Shown here one piece after another: positions 9,380 to 19,718 of a DNA stretch of 42,829 nucleotides. Under the pieces are notes generated by a model. It worked only from the letters and a program-made list of their open reading frames with translations. It did not search any database and was not told where the DNA came from. Position 1 is the stretch's first letter. Each line of letters opens with the position of its first letter. The DNA is from Candidatus Scalinduaceae bacterium (GTDB lineage Bacteria; Planctomycetota; Brocadiia; Brocadiales; Scalinduaceae). The stretch lies in the NCBI GenBank assembly GCA_046759445.1, contig JBHICG010000025.1, positions 1 to 42,829 of the forward strand, in the 5' to 3' direction. The translations under genes were made by a program, and so were the position numbers.

Positions 9380-10588
9380 TTATCGTCTTCGTGAAGTGCC
9401 GCTATATTTGATATATCGATTTATTATTTGCTTAACATCACAAGTCTTTTCATCTTTATCCAAACCGATGATTTTCCTTTCCCTGGTTGCGCTTTTAGTA
9501 GAATCAGATGCGTGTACGGCATTTCTCAGTATGTCCAGTCCATAAAACCTCCTGATACTAGAATACCTTGCCTTTTTTGGATCAGTGGCGCCTAAAAGTT
9601 CTCGAATAGTCTTAATTATATTTATGCCCTGGTACAATATAGCAAGACAGATAGTATTCTTCCCATCTTCAGTTTTCTTGGTTTCAGCAAAGGCAGAAGG
9701 TGCGCGGCCTGTCATATACTGTAGTATATTGCCGAATTCACCTCTTACGGTAGGTTCCTTGAGTTGATCGGCCAATTTATTCAGGATAGCATCATTCAGC
9801 TCAAAAGGAAAATCCTGCTTGTTTAACGCTGTCTTCAACTTTTCAACCAGTTTCGGTTTAAATTTATCTTCGAAACTATCATAAAAGAAATCTTTCACAG
9901 GTGCATAAAATTCTTCTGCCTGTTTAGTGCTCATGTCAATAAGTTTTATTCCAACAATAAAGAAACCGGTCCTTGCAATCATATCTATTATGTTTCCAGG
10001 ACGCGGATCATGCTTTTCAAATGGTTTTAGGATTATGAGCGAAGTTTCCGGTTTTTTGCCTTTACCAAAGTCTATAACCTTTTCTAAGACACCACCATCA
10101 CTTAATGAATATTTTGCAAATAAATTAAGTTGCTTAATGTTAGTAGCTTTATCTGCAGAAGTAAGGACTGCAGGCTCAAAATATTCAACTTTTCCGTTAC
10201 CAGCTCTTATGCTGTCACCATATGTACCCCTAATCGTATTCCCCCTTAAAGGATCTGATGCGGATCCAATCACTTTATTATGGAGGATATTAACGGCATC
10301 CTCACCTTCAACAAGAAGAAGCATGGCACGATTAGATATTCCAAGCTTGTTATTTTTCCTAAGTTTGTCATTTACATATTCTATCATGGCTTTTTTCCAC
10401 AAAGGCTTCATTCTCCGCTTCTCAATGGTTTCACAATACTCATCTAAAAACTTATCACTCGGGGTATACATTCTTGCACCAACAAGTTCCAGGTCAGACA
10501 AAGAAAGAAGCCTGCTGATTATGCCACCCGTTCTACTCTTTAATAAGCTATACGGCGTTATTAGTGCATAAGTTAATTCTTTTGCCAT
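9380..10588 (-). CDS. ndk: Two-domain nucleoside diphosphate kinase
   Basis: Two NDK-like repeats; the C-terminal one has IILKP, LGATDP, SIR and NAVHASDS (phospho-His); the N-terminal one has TIRGTYG but PAVLTS in place of the His motif. Confidence 0.85.
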   Translation of the reverse strand: MAKELTYALITPYSLLKSRTGGIISRLLSLSDLELVGARMYTPSDKFLDEYCETIEKRRMKPLWKKAMIEYVNDKLRKNNKLGISNRAMLLLVEGEDAVNILHNKVIGSASDPLRGNTIRGTYGDSIRAGNGKVEYFEPAVLTSADKATNIKQLNLFAKYSLSDGGVLEKVIDFGKGKKPETSLIILKPFEKHDPRPGNIIDMIARTGFFIVGIKLIDMSTKQAEEFYAPVKDFFYDSFEDKFKPKLVEKLKTALNKQDFPFELNDAILNKLADQLKEPTVRGEFGNILQYMTGRAPSAFAETKKTEDGKNTICLAILYQGINIIKTIRELLGATDPKKARYSSIRRFYGLDILRNAVHASDSTKSATRERKIIGLDKDEKTCDVKQIINRYIKYSGTSRRR

Positions 10589-10772
10589 ATTTTCCTATAC
10601 CTTCCTTCATCTAATTTATATCTGGATTAAGGGAATTGGCGACAAATAACATTAACAATATTATTTTTGAAATTATGGTATCGTATAAGTCCTTTTTACA
10701 TTTTACAAATAATCGAGTTATCAAGAGCTAAAATTTTTCATGTTATTTATTGCCAATTCCTAAACATAACCT

Positions 10773-13700
10773 TCACATACTCTTTGAGACCAGACATCCT
10801 TCTCCAATAAGATTTCCTATTCCATTAAACACCTTTTCGTTTAAAGTAACAGAATACTCTTCAGATGTTTTTATCTTTACAGATTTTTCGCCAGGTATCT
10901 CGAATTCTATAAATACAGGACAATGCCCTTTATTTGTTGATAAGATTTTTTTTAAACGAGAGAGAACGTCATCATTAATTTGTGAATATTTTAGCTTTAT
11001 TATAGCATTCTTGGGTGATTTGTTCTCTATTATTTTTTCTATATCTTCCGGAGTAATTATTTCTGTAACCCTTATAGAGGGTTCAGTATCTCTAAAACCA
11101 ACTTTCCCTTTAATAAAAACCACCTCATCGGCATGAAGTAAATTATTGAGAGCGGTCAATTTCTTTTCGAATAATACGCACTTCACTATTCCTTCCATGT
11201 CTTCAATCGTAAAATATACAATTGGTTTGCCTTTTTTAGTGGTTGTATTGTTAATACTATCAATTATCCCTCCTATCAAGACTTCGGAACCTTCAGATGT
11301 TTCAGGCAGATTTCCGGCTGAAGTATCTGAATATTTTTCTATTACTTTCTTATACCTTTTTAATGGATGAGAACTAACATAGAGGCCCAATGCCTCCTTT
11401 TCTGCTTTAAGTAACTGTTTTTCAGACCATTTCTCAGTATCAGTTAATTGTTGAAAAGAACTTGAATTTACTGTGTTTTCTTGTGTGCCAAAAAGGCTCA
11501 TTTGACCCATACGCCGGTCTCTGTTTGATTGAGCTCCAATTTGCAACAATGTATCTATTCCTTCAAAGAATTGGGCCCTGTATCCTGGCAAAGCATCAAA
11601 GCAACCTGATTTGATAAGGTTTTCCATTACCTGTTTATTTACCAGACGTAAGTCTACACGTTCACAAAAGTCAAATATCGAAGAAAATTCTCCATCATTT
11701 TTTCTTGCTGTTATGATTGATTCTATTGCCTTTTCACCAACATTCTTTATTGCCCCAAGACCGAACCTTATCTTTTTATCTGATACTATTGTAAAATCAG
11801 AATAGCTCTCATTTATGCATGGTGGTAGTAATTCTATGTCCATTCGATGACATTCATGCATATAGTCTACTATCTTTACGTTATTTTGCTTTTCACACGT
11901 CATCTGTGCGGCCATATACTGAGTAGGATAGTTTGCTTTTAAATAAGCCGTCTGATAGCAAACCATGGCATAAGCAGCAGAGTGAGATTTATTAAACCCA
12001 TAGCCTGCGAAGTGTTTCATTAGCTCGAAAATTTTCTCAGCAATATTTTTTGGTATTTTATTCTGTACTGATCCATTAATAAATTGGTTTTTGAATTTTG
12101 CCATAACCTCGGGCTTCTTCTTTCCCATTGCCTTTCTCAAACTGTCGGCTTCATTCAGGGTAAAGCCTCCCAGTCTGTTTGCGATGCGCATTACCTGCTC
12201 CTGATATACAATCAAGCCGTATGTTTCCTTGAGTAACGGCTCGAGCTTCTCATGAAAATATGAAACGGATTCTCTACCATGTCTGCAATTTATGAATGTA
12301 TCTACCATTCCACTCTGTAATGGTCCAGGTCTGTATAAGGCAACTAGAGGTAATATATCTTCAAATTTATCAGGTTTGAGCTTTATTAATAAGTCCCTAA
12401 AACCTCTACTTGTCTCCACCTGAAAGACACCCTTAACATCCCCTCGAGACAGCAATTCGTATGTATTTTTATCATCCAATGGAATTTTACTGACATCAAT
12501 GTCCTTACCGATTGTTGCCCTTATCAGTTTAGTTGCCTTGTCAATAACAGTGAACTTCCGTACTCCAAGGAAATCTGCCTTTAATAGACCTATCTTATCC
12601 ACAAGGGTTTCACCATCGAATTGTGTTATTACAACATCCTTATTTTTTGCCAAAGGAACGTAATTAGTTAATGGTTCATCGGAAATAACCACACCTGCCG
12701 CATGTGTAGAAGCATGCCTGCGTAATCCTTCAAGCTTTGAAGAAATATTGAATAGTTCCTGAATTTGCTTCTCATTTTTATGCATGGATTTTAGTTCCGG
12801 TTCTTGCTCAAGAGCTTCCTGCAATGTAATACCTAGAGTGGGTGGGATTAATTTCGCCACTTTATTAACAACAGGTAATGGTATATCCATTACTCTGCCA
12901 ACATCTCTAACGACTGCTTTGGCCTTCATTGTGCCAAAGGTGATAATCTGAGCGACATTGTTGTCACCTCCATATCTATTTCGTACATATTGTATTATCT
13001 TATCTCTGCCCTCAGCACAGAAATCAATATCCAGATCAGGCATAGAAAGCCTTTCAGAATTGAGGAATCTTTCAAACAGTAAATCATATTTTATAGGATC
13101 TATATTAGTAATTCCCAGTACATAGGCAACTAAACTACCTGCACCTGAACCACGTGCAATCGCTGGTATATGGTTTTTTCTTGCAAAATCAATGAAATCC
13201 CAGACTATTAGAAAATAATCAACAAAATTAGTCTCCTCTATTACGTTGAGTTCATGTTCTAATCTTTCATTTATTACGCTATCAAGCTTTTTGTATATTT
13301 CTAATGCACCGTGTTTGCAGAGTTCTCTAAGGAGATGTTTATTTGTCATACCGGGTTTGTAACAAATAGAATCTTCCTGTGGGTGAAACCTGGGCAGGCG
13401 CATTTCGTTTAAATTTAATTCAATGCAGCATCTATCTGAGATTTTTGATGTATTCATTAACGCTTCGGGTATATCTTTAAAAATTTCTTCCATCTGTTTC
13501 TGAGACTTAAAGTAAAATTCATTGGTGCTTAAACGCATTCTTTTGGTGTCTTGCAAGAGCTTTCCTGTGTTTATACACAAGAGTGCGTCATGTGCAAAAT
13601 AATCATCAGGGTTCATATAGTGTACGTCATTTGTGGCAACTGTTTTCAATCCCAAATCCTGACTAATTCTTTTTGCCATATTTACTAACTCATCTTGTCT

Positions 13701-14243
13701 TTCAATTTTATTGTCTTGTAGTTCCACAAAATAATTGTCTGTACCAAAGATGTCCTTGTATTGAGATGCAGAATTTAAAGCCTTATCATAATCATTATTT
13801 AAAAGGTTTTGATTTATTTCGGATTTCATACATCCACTCAGACAAATTATTCCTTTCGAATATTTATTTAATAATTCTTTGTCTATTCGGGGCTTATAAT
13901 AGAAGCCTTCCAAATACGAGGATGAGGCTAATTTTAATAAATTTCTATATCCATCATTGTTTTCCGCTAAAAGTGTTAAATGGTATATTTTTTGTTTACC
14001 ACCTTCTTTCGCAAATCTACTTTCCTGGGCGACATAAGACTCAAAACCGAGAATGGGTTTTATCCCATTTTTCCTTGCATATTCGTAAAACCCAATTGCC
14101 CCAAACATGTTACCATGGTCTGTCAATGCCAGACTCTTCATGTTTAAAGCCTTGGTTTTGTCAACAAGATCATTAATCCTGCATGCACCGTCTAACAGGC
14201 TATAATCACTATGAACGTGCAAATGTACAAAATTATTTTGCAT
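10773..14243 (-). CDS. dnaE: DNA polymerase III alpha subunit
   Basis: PHP motif HLHVHSDYSLLDG, RGSGAGSLV, MPDLDIDF, GYGFNKSH and C-terminal OB fold. Confidence 0.97.
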   Translation of the reverse strand: MQNNFVHLHVHSDYSLLDGACRINDLVDKTKALNMKSLALTDHGNMFGAIGFYEYARKNGIKPILGFESYVAQESRFAKEGGKQKIYHLTLLAENNDGYRNLLKLASSSYLEGFYYKPRIDKELLNKYSKGIICLSGCMKSEINQNLLNNDYDKALNSASQYKDIFGTDNYFVELQDNKIERQDELVNMAKRISQDLGLKTVATNDVHYMNPDDYFAHDALLCINTGKLLQDTKRMRLSTNEFYFKSQKQMEEIFKDIPEALMNTSKISDRCCIELNLNEMRLPRFHPQEDSICYKPGMTNKHLLRELCKHGALEIYKKLDSVINERLEHELNVIEETNFVDYFLIVWDFIDFARKNHIPAIARGSGAGSLVAYVLGITNIDPIKYDLLFERFLNSERLSMPDLDIDFCAEGRDKIIQYVRNRYGGDNNVAQIITFGTMKAKAVVRDVGRVMDIPLPVVNKVAKLIPPTLGITLQEALEQEPELKSMHKNEKQIQELFNISSKLEGLRRHASTHAAGVVISDEPLTNYVPLAKNKDVVITQFDGETLVDKIGLLKADFLGVRKFTVIDKATKLIRATIGKDIDVSKIPLDDKNTYELLSRGDVKGVFQVETSRGFRDLLIKLKPDKFEDILPLVALYRPGPLQSGMVDTFINCRHGRESVSYFHEKLEPLLKETYGLIVYQEQVMRIANRLGGFTLNEADSLRKAMGKKKPEVMAKFKNQFINGSVQNKIPKNIAEKIFELMKHFAGYGFNKSHSAAYAMVCYQTAYLKANYPTQYMAAQMTCEKQNNVKIVDYMHECHRMDIELLPPCINESYSDFTIVSDKKIRFGLGAIKNVGEKAIESIITARKNDGEFSSIFDFCERVDLRLVNKQVMENLIKSGCFDALPGYRAQFFEGIDTLLQIGAQSNRDRRMGQMSLFGTQENTVNSSSFQQLTDTEKWSEKQLLKAEKEALGLYVSSHPLKRYKKVIEKYSDTSAGNLPETSEGSEVLIGGIIDSINNTTTKKGKPIVYFTIEDMEGIVKCVLFEKKLTALNNLLHADEVVFIKGKVGFRDTEPSIRVTEIITPEDIEKIIENKSPKNAIIKLKYSQINDDVLSRLKKILSTNKGHCPVFIEFEIPGEKSVKIKTSEEYSVTLNEKVFNGIGNLIGEGCLVSKSM

Positions 14244-14354
14244 TAATTAGCTCTTCCTGTCGCTAATCTAAACTCATTTTGCGTATAAAAAAAATTCCAA
14301 TCTCTATTTTACTCTTAAGCAACCATTATATAACAATGCATAACATACTGTTTT

Positions 14355-15731
14355 CTATTTCATATTCAGGTCCTTCATCTTTTGTTGTAAGCTCTGTCTA
14401 TGCATGCCCAGTGTTTCCGCTGCCTTGCTTATATTACCATTATTCTCTTTTAGTTTCTTGCTTACAAAATCTCTTTCAAAAGCTTCAACGATCAACCTTT
14501 TCGCATCTCTGAAAGACATGTTATAGTCAATATTCGAAAACGGGTTACAATATGTATTTGAGTTTCTAATTTCTTCTGAAAAATCATTGAGTCCTAAAGT
14601 TTCTGTATTGGTCATTACAATTGCACCTTCAATCGCATTCTGCAATTCTCGCACATTCCCAGGCCAGTTATACTTTGTTAAAATTTTTGCTGCTTCATTT
14701 GATATCGGCATCATGTTTTTATTATGTTTTATAGAAAAGAACTGTACAAATTTATTTACCAACATCAGGATATCTTCCTTTCGGTCTCTCAACGGTGGAA
14801 GTATAATTTCAACAACCTTCAATCTATAATACAGATCTTCTCTGAACCTATTCTCCTTTATTTCTTTAATCAATTCCTTATGAGTCGCACTTATTACTCT
14901 TACATCAACGTGAAGGGTTTCAGTCCCTCCTAATCGTTCAAAACTTTGTTCTTGCAGGACGCGTAAAACCTTTGATTGTGTATTTGGGCTCATATCCCCT
15001 ATTTCATCAAGAAAGATAGTCCCTTTATTGGCCAATTCAAATTTTCCCAGACGTCTCTCTGTAGCGCCCGTAAAGGCACCCCTTTCATGACCAAACAACT
15101 CACTTTCGATTAATGTCTCTGGCAATGCTGCACAATTCATTATTATCATAGGCATATGTCTTCGAGCACTTCTTTTATGGATTTCCTTAGCCACCAGTTC
15201 TTTTCCACTTCCACTTTCACCCTGAATCAACACTGTTACGTCAGTCTGCCCCACTTTCTCTATCTTATTAAACACATCTTTCATGATCTGGCTTTTGCCC
15301 ACTATTTCTCCCATTGACTCTAATCTGTCAATTTCTGAACGTAACCTTGCGTTTTCCTCCTCAAGGATAAGTTTTTCAAACGCATTGTTGGCAATCAACC
15401 TAAGCTCATCGATTTCAAATGGTTTGGCAATATAATCATAAGCGCCTTTCTTCATAGCATCTACAGCTATTCTTTCAGATCCATAAGCAGTTACCATAAC
15501 AATCATAGGAGGCTTGCTCATACGACTTATTTTTTCAAGTACATTAATCCCATTAACACGTGGCATATTAATATCAAGGAAGATTATAGCAGGGTTCTCT
15601 GCTTTTATCATCTCAAAAGCAGAAATACTGTCGCCAGCTTCCTTGACAATGTAACCATCCTTTTCTAAGGCCATTTTCATTCCAAACCTTGCAGCCTTCT
15701 CATCATCCACTATTAAAACTAATTTTTTCAT
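14355..15731 (-). CDS. Sigma-54-dependent response regulator (NtrC family)
   Basis: Receiver domain (VDDE, FLDINMP), GESGSGKE, GAFTGA, FLDEIG, WPGNVREL and Fis-type HTH. Confidence 0.95.
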   Translation of the reverse strand: MKKLVLIVDDEKAARFGMKMALEKDGYIVKEAGDSISAFEMIKAENPAIIFLDINMPRVNGINVLEKISRMSKPPMIVMVTAYGSERIAVDAMKKGAYDYIAKPFEIDELRLIANNAFEKLILEEENARLRSEIDRLESMGEIVGKSQIMKDVFNKIEKVGQTDVTVLIQGESGSGKELVAKEIHKRSARRHMPMIIMNCAALPETLIESELFGHERGAFTGATERRLGKFELANKGTIFLDEIGDMSPNTQSKVLRVLQEQSFERLGGTETLHVDVRVISATHKELIKEIKENRFREDLYYRLKVVEIILPPLRDRKEDILMLVNKFVQFFSIKHNKNMMPISNEAAKILTKYNWPGNVRELQNAIEGAIVMTNTETLGLNDFSEEIRNSNTYCNPFSNIDYNMSFRDAKRLIVEAFERDFVSKKLKENNGNISKAAETLGMHRQSLQQKMKDLNMK

Positions 15732-15743
15732 AGGATTACTCCT

Positions 15744-17861
15744 TTACATGTTACTTACTAAAAAACTCTCTGATGATGGAATATCAACTACAAACTTTGT
15801 AGCTGATTCCGTACTCTCCACCTGAATCATACCCCCCACTTCCTCAAGCTTCTTTTTTACAATCGCCAATCCCAGACCAGTTCCAGTTTGTTTGGTTGTA
15901 TAGAATGGTTCAAATATTTTATTGATATTTTCTTCGGAGATACCGAGCCCTGTATCTTTAAAAATTACCCTAATATAATCACCCTCCCGTTCATAGCTGA
16001 CAGAAATTGTCAATCTTCCTCCTGTTAACATAGCTTGAATGGCATTATGAATAATATTGAAGAAGACTTCCTTCAATGACGCTTCATCTGTCATAATTAC
16101 AGGTATACTATCTGAAACTTCTAAATTTATAACAATATTATTCATTGTTGCTTCATGCTTTATAACAACAATTACTTTATTTATTACATCATCAATCTTA
16201 ACATCGGTATTTTTATCACCCTGTGGTTTAGCAAACTCCAAAAGTTGGTTTACAACTTTTGTTAAACGATCTATTTCCTCAACAATTATTGAAAGGCTTT
16301 TCTTTGTTTTATAATTATCCTTAAAATCCTCACTCAAAACCTGAACAATAGCTTTAATTGAACTCAAAGGATTCTTAACCTCATGAGCGACACTAGTAGA
16401 TAGCCTCCCCAGACTAGATAATTTTTCGTTTTCATAAATCCTCCTCTCTAACTGTAGCTTTTCATCAATGAGCTCAGCTTTGGCTATTGCAGAACTAATT
16501 TGATTTGCAATAATCATTAACTGTTCAAGGTTATCGGCTGGCAATCTTAAACCCCTTATAGATTTACCAAGAGACAGCAAGCCTATTAACTTTCTATCCT
16601 TAAAAACAGGAAATATAAAAAACGCCTCCAACTGTTTCATCTCATTTATTATGGCAACATCTGTGACTTCATGTCTGTCAAGCACCGTAATCTCACCTTT
16701 ATCAAAATTTTTTATTATATTTAAGATATCGTCTCTTGCCATAAAAGCACCCTTTCTGTATCCAATAACTTGTATTCTGCCACCCTTAAAGAGCACCAAA
16801 CTAACGTTTTTAATTGCCGTTGCCTTTTTTATCGACTCTACAACATACTCCAATAAAAGTGATAAGTTTATCAGTAAATCCGCACCAATCTGATGGCTCA
16901 AATCATTTAGAAGATATTCGCTGTCGGCGATCCTCCTAAAAAGTAATTTTCGCATTAAGCCCTGGACTTTTTCTTTCAATTTTGGAAACCAATAAACCAG
17001 TGCTATAACAAACACCGCTTCCGACACCTTTACATTAACTGAATAATTAAGTTCAAGATATTTACTCAACTGCTTTATTCCAAAATAATAAAGACAAATA
17101 ACTATCAATACCAAGAAAGAATAAAACATACTGCGCCTGAGAACAAATTCCATATAATTGTAACGATACACATAATAAGAGAATATAATACTTGGAAAGA
17201 TTGAGGAAAGCATTGTAGCCAGGATTAAGTAATCACCAATATAAGAAATAGCTCTTCCTTCAAAAAGGATCGTAAACGCAACAAGTAATGCAATGAAAAT
17301 AAGAATCCAGAAAATAGAGAAGTGGAATTTCCGCTCTTCCACCTCTTCTACCTTGGCAGAAAGTATGCGTGAGATAACGGCAGACGTAAATATCGAAAAT
17401 AGTAACCATACAACAAAAGGTTTAACAAAAGGTGACACGCTCATTAGCATACGGGTTTCTTCCGAAAATATTTGCATTTCGGCTGATAACAAGAGCGGAA
17501 TAATAGGAAGGTAGATTACGGTAACCATGGACAATCTTACTATTTTTTTGATATTCCAGCCGCTCTCTAGAAGAAACAATATAGCCGTATGCATAAGTAA
17601 GCTAGGCATCAAACCCATTCCCGCACTTGCAACTGCGTTTGATGATTGAGTGATTACATAAATATTTTTTCCAAAAAGCATTATACTAAAAAGTGAGACG
17701 GCATTACCATAATGCCACATTGCAACACTTATTACGAGACATAAAAAGACTAATTCACTTCCCTTTTTATTCTTCCTTTGGACTATAAGAATTGAAAGTA
17801 CTGTATGAAGGATGGAGCCCAGAATGAAACCTATTAATGCTACTATTTCAATCAATGTCAT
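15744..17861 (-). CDS. Multi-TM sensor histidine kinase with GAF-like domain
   Basis: Many N-terminal hydrophobic helices, H-box AHEVKNPL, N-box NAIQAM, DTGLGI, FEPFYTTK and GTGLGL. Confidence 0.93.
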   Translation of the reverse strand: MTLIEIVALIGFILGSILHTVLSILIVQRKNKKGSELVFLCLVISVAMWHYGNAVSLFSIMLFGKNIYVITQSSNAVASAGMGLMPSLLMHTAILFLLESGWNIKKIVRLSMVTVIYLPIIPLLLSAEMQIFSEETRMLMSVSPFVKPFVVWLLFSIFTSAVISRILSAKVEEVEERKFHFSIFWILIFIALLVAFTILFEGRAISYIGDYLILATMLSSIFPSIIFSYYVYRYNYMEFVLRRSMFYSFLVLIVICLYYFGIKQLSKYLELNYSVNVKVSEAVFVIALVYWFPKLKEKVQGLMRKLLFRRIADSEYLLNDLSHQIGADLLINLSLLLEYVVESIKKATAIKNVSLVLFKGGRIQVIGYRKGAFMARDDILNIIKNFDKGEITVLDRHEVTDVAIINEMKQLEAFFIFPVFKDRKLIGLLSLGKSIRGLRLPADNLEQLMIIANQISSAIAKAELIDEKLQLERRIYENEKLSSLGRLSTSVAHEVKNPLSSIKAIVQVLSEDFKDNYKTKKSLSIIVEEIDRLTKVVNQLLEFAKPQGDKNTDVKIDDVINKVIVVIKHEATMNNIVINLEVSDSIPVIMTDEASLKEVFFNIIHNAIQAMLTGGRLTISVSYEREGDYIRVIFKDTGLGISEENINKIFEPFYTTKQTGTGLGLAIVKKKLEEVGGMIQVESTESATKFVVDIPSSESFLVSNM

Positions 17862-18086
17862 AGCCTAAGAAATATGCGTCAATTTAGAAAATATTTGAAA
17901 AGTTTTTATTAAAATGTTTCACAGGTTATTGTGCTTCCGATACGTTGATTTAATAGTTGGATGGATTCTGAAAAAACAAATCAAGTGAAAATGTTTTATG
18001 CATTATGAAATAAAATTTATATTATTATTAACCAAATTATCTGTCAATAAAAAAAGGCATTCAGCTATATAAAATAATAAATCAAG

Positions 18087-18164
18087 GTGTTAAGATACCT
18101 TGAAAACGATAATGAAATACATTCAGCACAGGATTCAGGATGACAATTATAGTGTTCCCGCAAC
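18087..18164. repeat. Partial second copy of the 2790-2845 repeat element
   Basis: gtgttaagataccttgaaaacga...ttcaggatgacaattatagtgttcccgcaac aligns with gtgttaagagatcctgaaagcgagttcagggtgacaatatagtgtttccgcaat, with an internal insertion. Confidence 0.65.
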
Positions 18165-18170
18165 ATACTA

Positions 18171-19193
18171 CTAAAGATATAGATAATCATTTACTTTACA
18201 AGTATGGCAAATTGTTTCTGTTTTGTTTTTACGACCCAGAACTTCCTTACGTGCTGAAATGTATTTTTCATTATTCCATATTTCCTTAAATGAATTCTCC
18301 TTAATATTACCAAAAGAGTGAGCTTCGCTATATACAGAACAACATGGCAAAATAGAGCCATCCCAATTTATAACTGTCTCAGTCCATAATTGATTACAAT
18401 TAAATTTATTTTTTGGTTTCTTTTCAGTCATGTTAAATATGTTATACTCTGGAATAAGAGGTAACCATTTATAATCACGTTCAATTGATTTTTCAGCAGT
18501 TTCAAAAATTTCTTTGCCCATATCGGTACGCATCTTGTTTATGACTAACTTTATGCCTATTTCCTTTGCCAAGGCTCTAGCCTTTTCAATCTCATGTTCA
18601 TTATGTCTGAAGACATGAAACAACCATATTATCTCAGTATAACGATTTTTTAACTTTTTCTTTTTTTCAATTAAAAGTTTCATATTTGATATAACTCTAT
18701 TAAAGTCTCCATCAATATGATAAGTTGAATAAGTTGAATTACTGGCGCCATCGCAAGAAATATATATTTTTTGTAAATTAGCTATAATTAAGGCTTCAGC
18801 TAGAGAATCCTCAATGGGTAAACTCAGATTTGTGCTTATTTTTACGGCTATTTTTTTTTCGTTAGCATACTCTACCATTTTTATAATTTCTTTGTTTATA
18901 AGAGGTTCTCCCCAATTATACAACCTTACCAAGATTAGATTTTTACCTATTTCGTCAATAAATTGTTTAAAATCAGAAAAGGATAGGAATCCTTTTCTGG
19001 CAGAATCATCTCTTTGCCCTGTAGGACAAAGTGGACAACGAAGGTTACATATATTACCTGAATCTATAGTAATCTTGGCAGGATAGTAATAAAGGCGCAC
19101 GGAACCTATTGCATACTGAATTCTACTCATCAAAAGATTATATAATTTTCTTATACTAAAAACGCTTATGCGCCTCCACAACTTATGAGACAT
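18171..19193 (-). CDS. Radical SAM protein with SPASM/twitch domain
   Basis: CNLRCPLC motif, YNWGEPL, and C-terminal C..GSILPCC..CHTC. Confidence 0.9.
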   Translation of the reverse strand: MSHKLWRRISVFSIRKLYNLLMSRIQYAIGSVRLYYYPAKITIDSGNICNLRCPLCPTGQRDDSARKGFLSFSDFKQFIDEIGKNLILVRLYNWGEPLINKEIIKMVEYANEKKIAVKISTNLSLPIEDSLAEALIIANLQKIYISCDGASNSTYSTYHIDGDFNRVISNMKLLIEKKKKLKNRYTEIIWLFHVFRHNEHEIEKARALAKEIGIKLVINKMRTDMGKEIFETAEKSIERDYKWLPLIPEYNIFNMTEKKPKNKFNCNQLWTETVINWDGSILPCCSVYSEAHSFGNIKENSFKEIWNNEKYISARKEVLGRKNKTETICHTCKVNDYLYL

Positions 19194-19244
19194 CTTTTAA
19201 TAAGGAAATGTAAAACATCACAAATAAAAAGGATAATTTAAGAA

Positions 19245-19437
19245 AGCCATGAAGTTTTTTTGACTAATATCAAACGCGGAAAATAAACTATGTAATCCTC
19301 CTGAAAATACTTGCCTGACGGCAGACAGGGAGGAAAAACACACCTTATCTTGCGGGGAACCAGTTTTTATACAATTTTAATAATTCGTGGTGACCCGAGA
19401 GGTATGAATGTTACACAAAAAAGTGCTTTCATGGCCT
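19245..19437 (-). ncRNA. Candidate structured ncRNA (6S-like long hairpin) or structured leader
   Basis: Ends pair (GGCCATGAA..TTTTTTG with CAAAAAA..TTCATGGCT); inner stem CGCAAGATAAG..TCCTCC / GGAGGA..TTTATTTTCCGCG; begins 7 nt after a TTGACT-N17-TATCGT promoter; no ORF. Confidence 0.45.
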
Positions 19438-19443
19438 ATAGGA

Positions 19444-19472
19444 ACGATATCAAAAAGCATATTCCAAGTCAA
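19444..19472 (-). promoter_or_regulatory. Sigma70-type promoter for the candidate ncRNA / radical SAM gene
   Basis: -35 TTGACT (19472-19467), 17-nt spacer, -10 TATCGT (19449-19444). Confidence 0.6.
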
Positions 19473-19507
19473 CTCGATTAATCTCAAAAATTGACATAAG
19501 ATTGTTA

Positions 19508-19536
19508 TTGACATCTCTTTGTAAGTTTGTTAAGTT
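19508..19536 (+). promoter_or_regulatory. Sigma70-type promoter upstream of the lipid cluster
   Basis: TTGACA (19508-19513), 17-nt spacer ending TGt, TAAGTT (19531-19536); a second TTGACA at 19491. Confidence 0.55.
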
Positions 19537-19718
19537 CCCGCATCCATCTTTTTTCTGAAATGTGTAGCATATTTAATTCACTTAATTACACAAACATATC
19601 TTAATATATAATAGTGGTTTAAAACCCGAACTAAGTCAAAATAAAGTAAATTATTTGATTTCACTAAAAAGTTTGTTGTCTTAAACTTTTGTAGGTTTGT
19701 TTTTTGGGAGGTATTATA

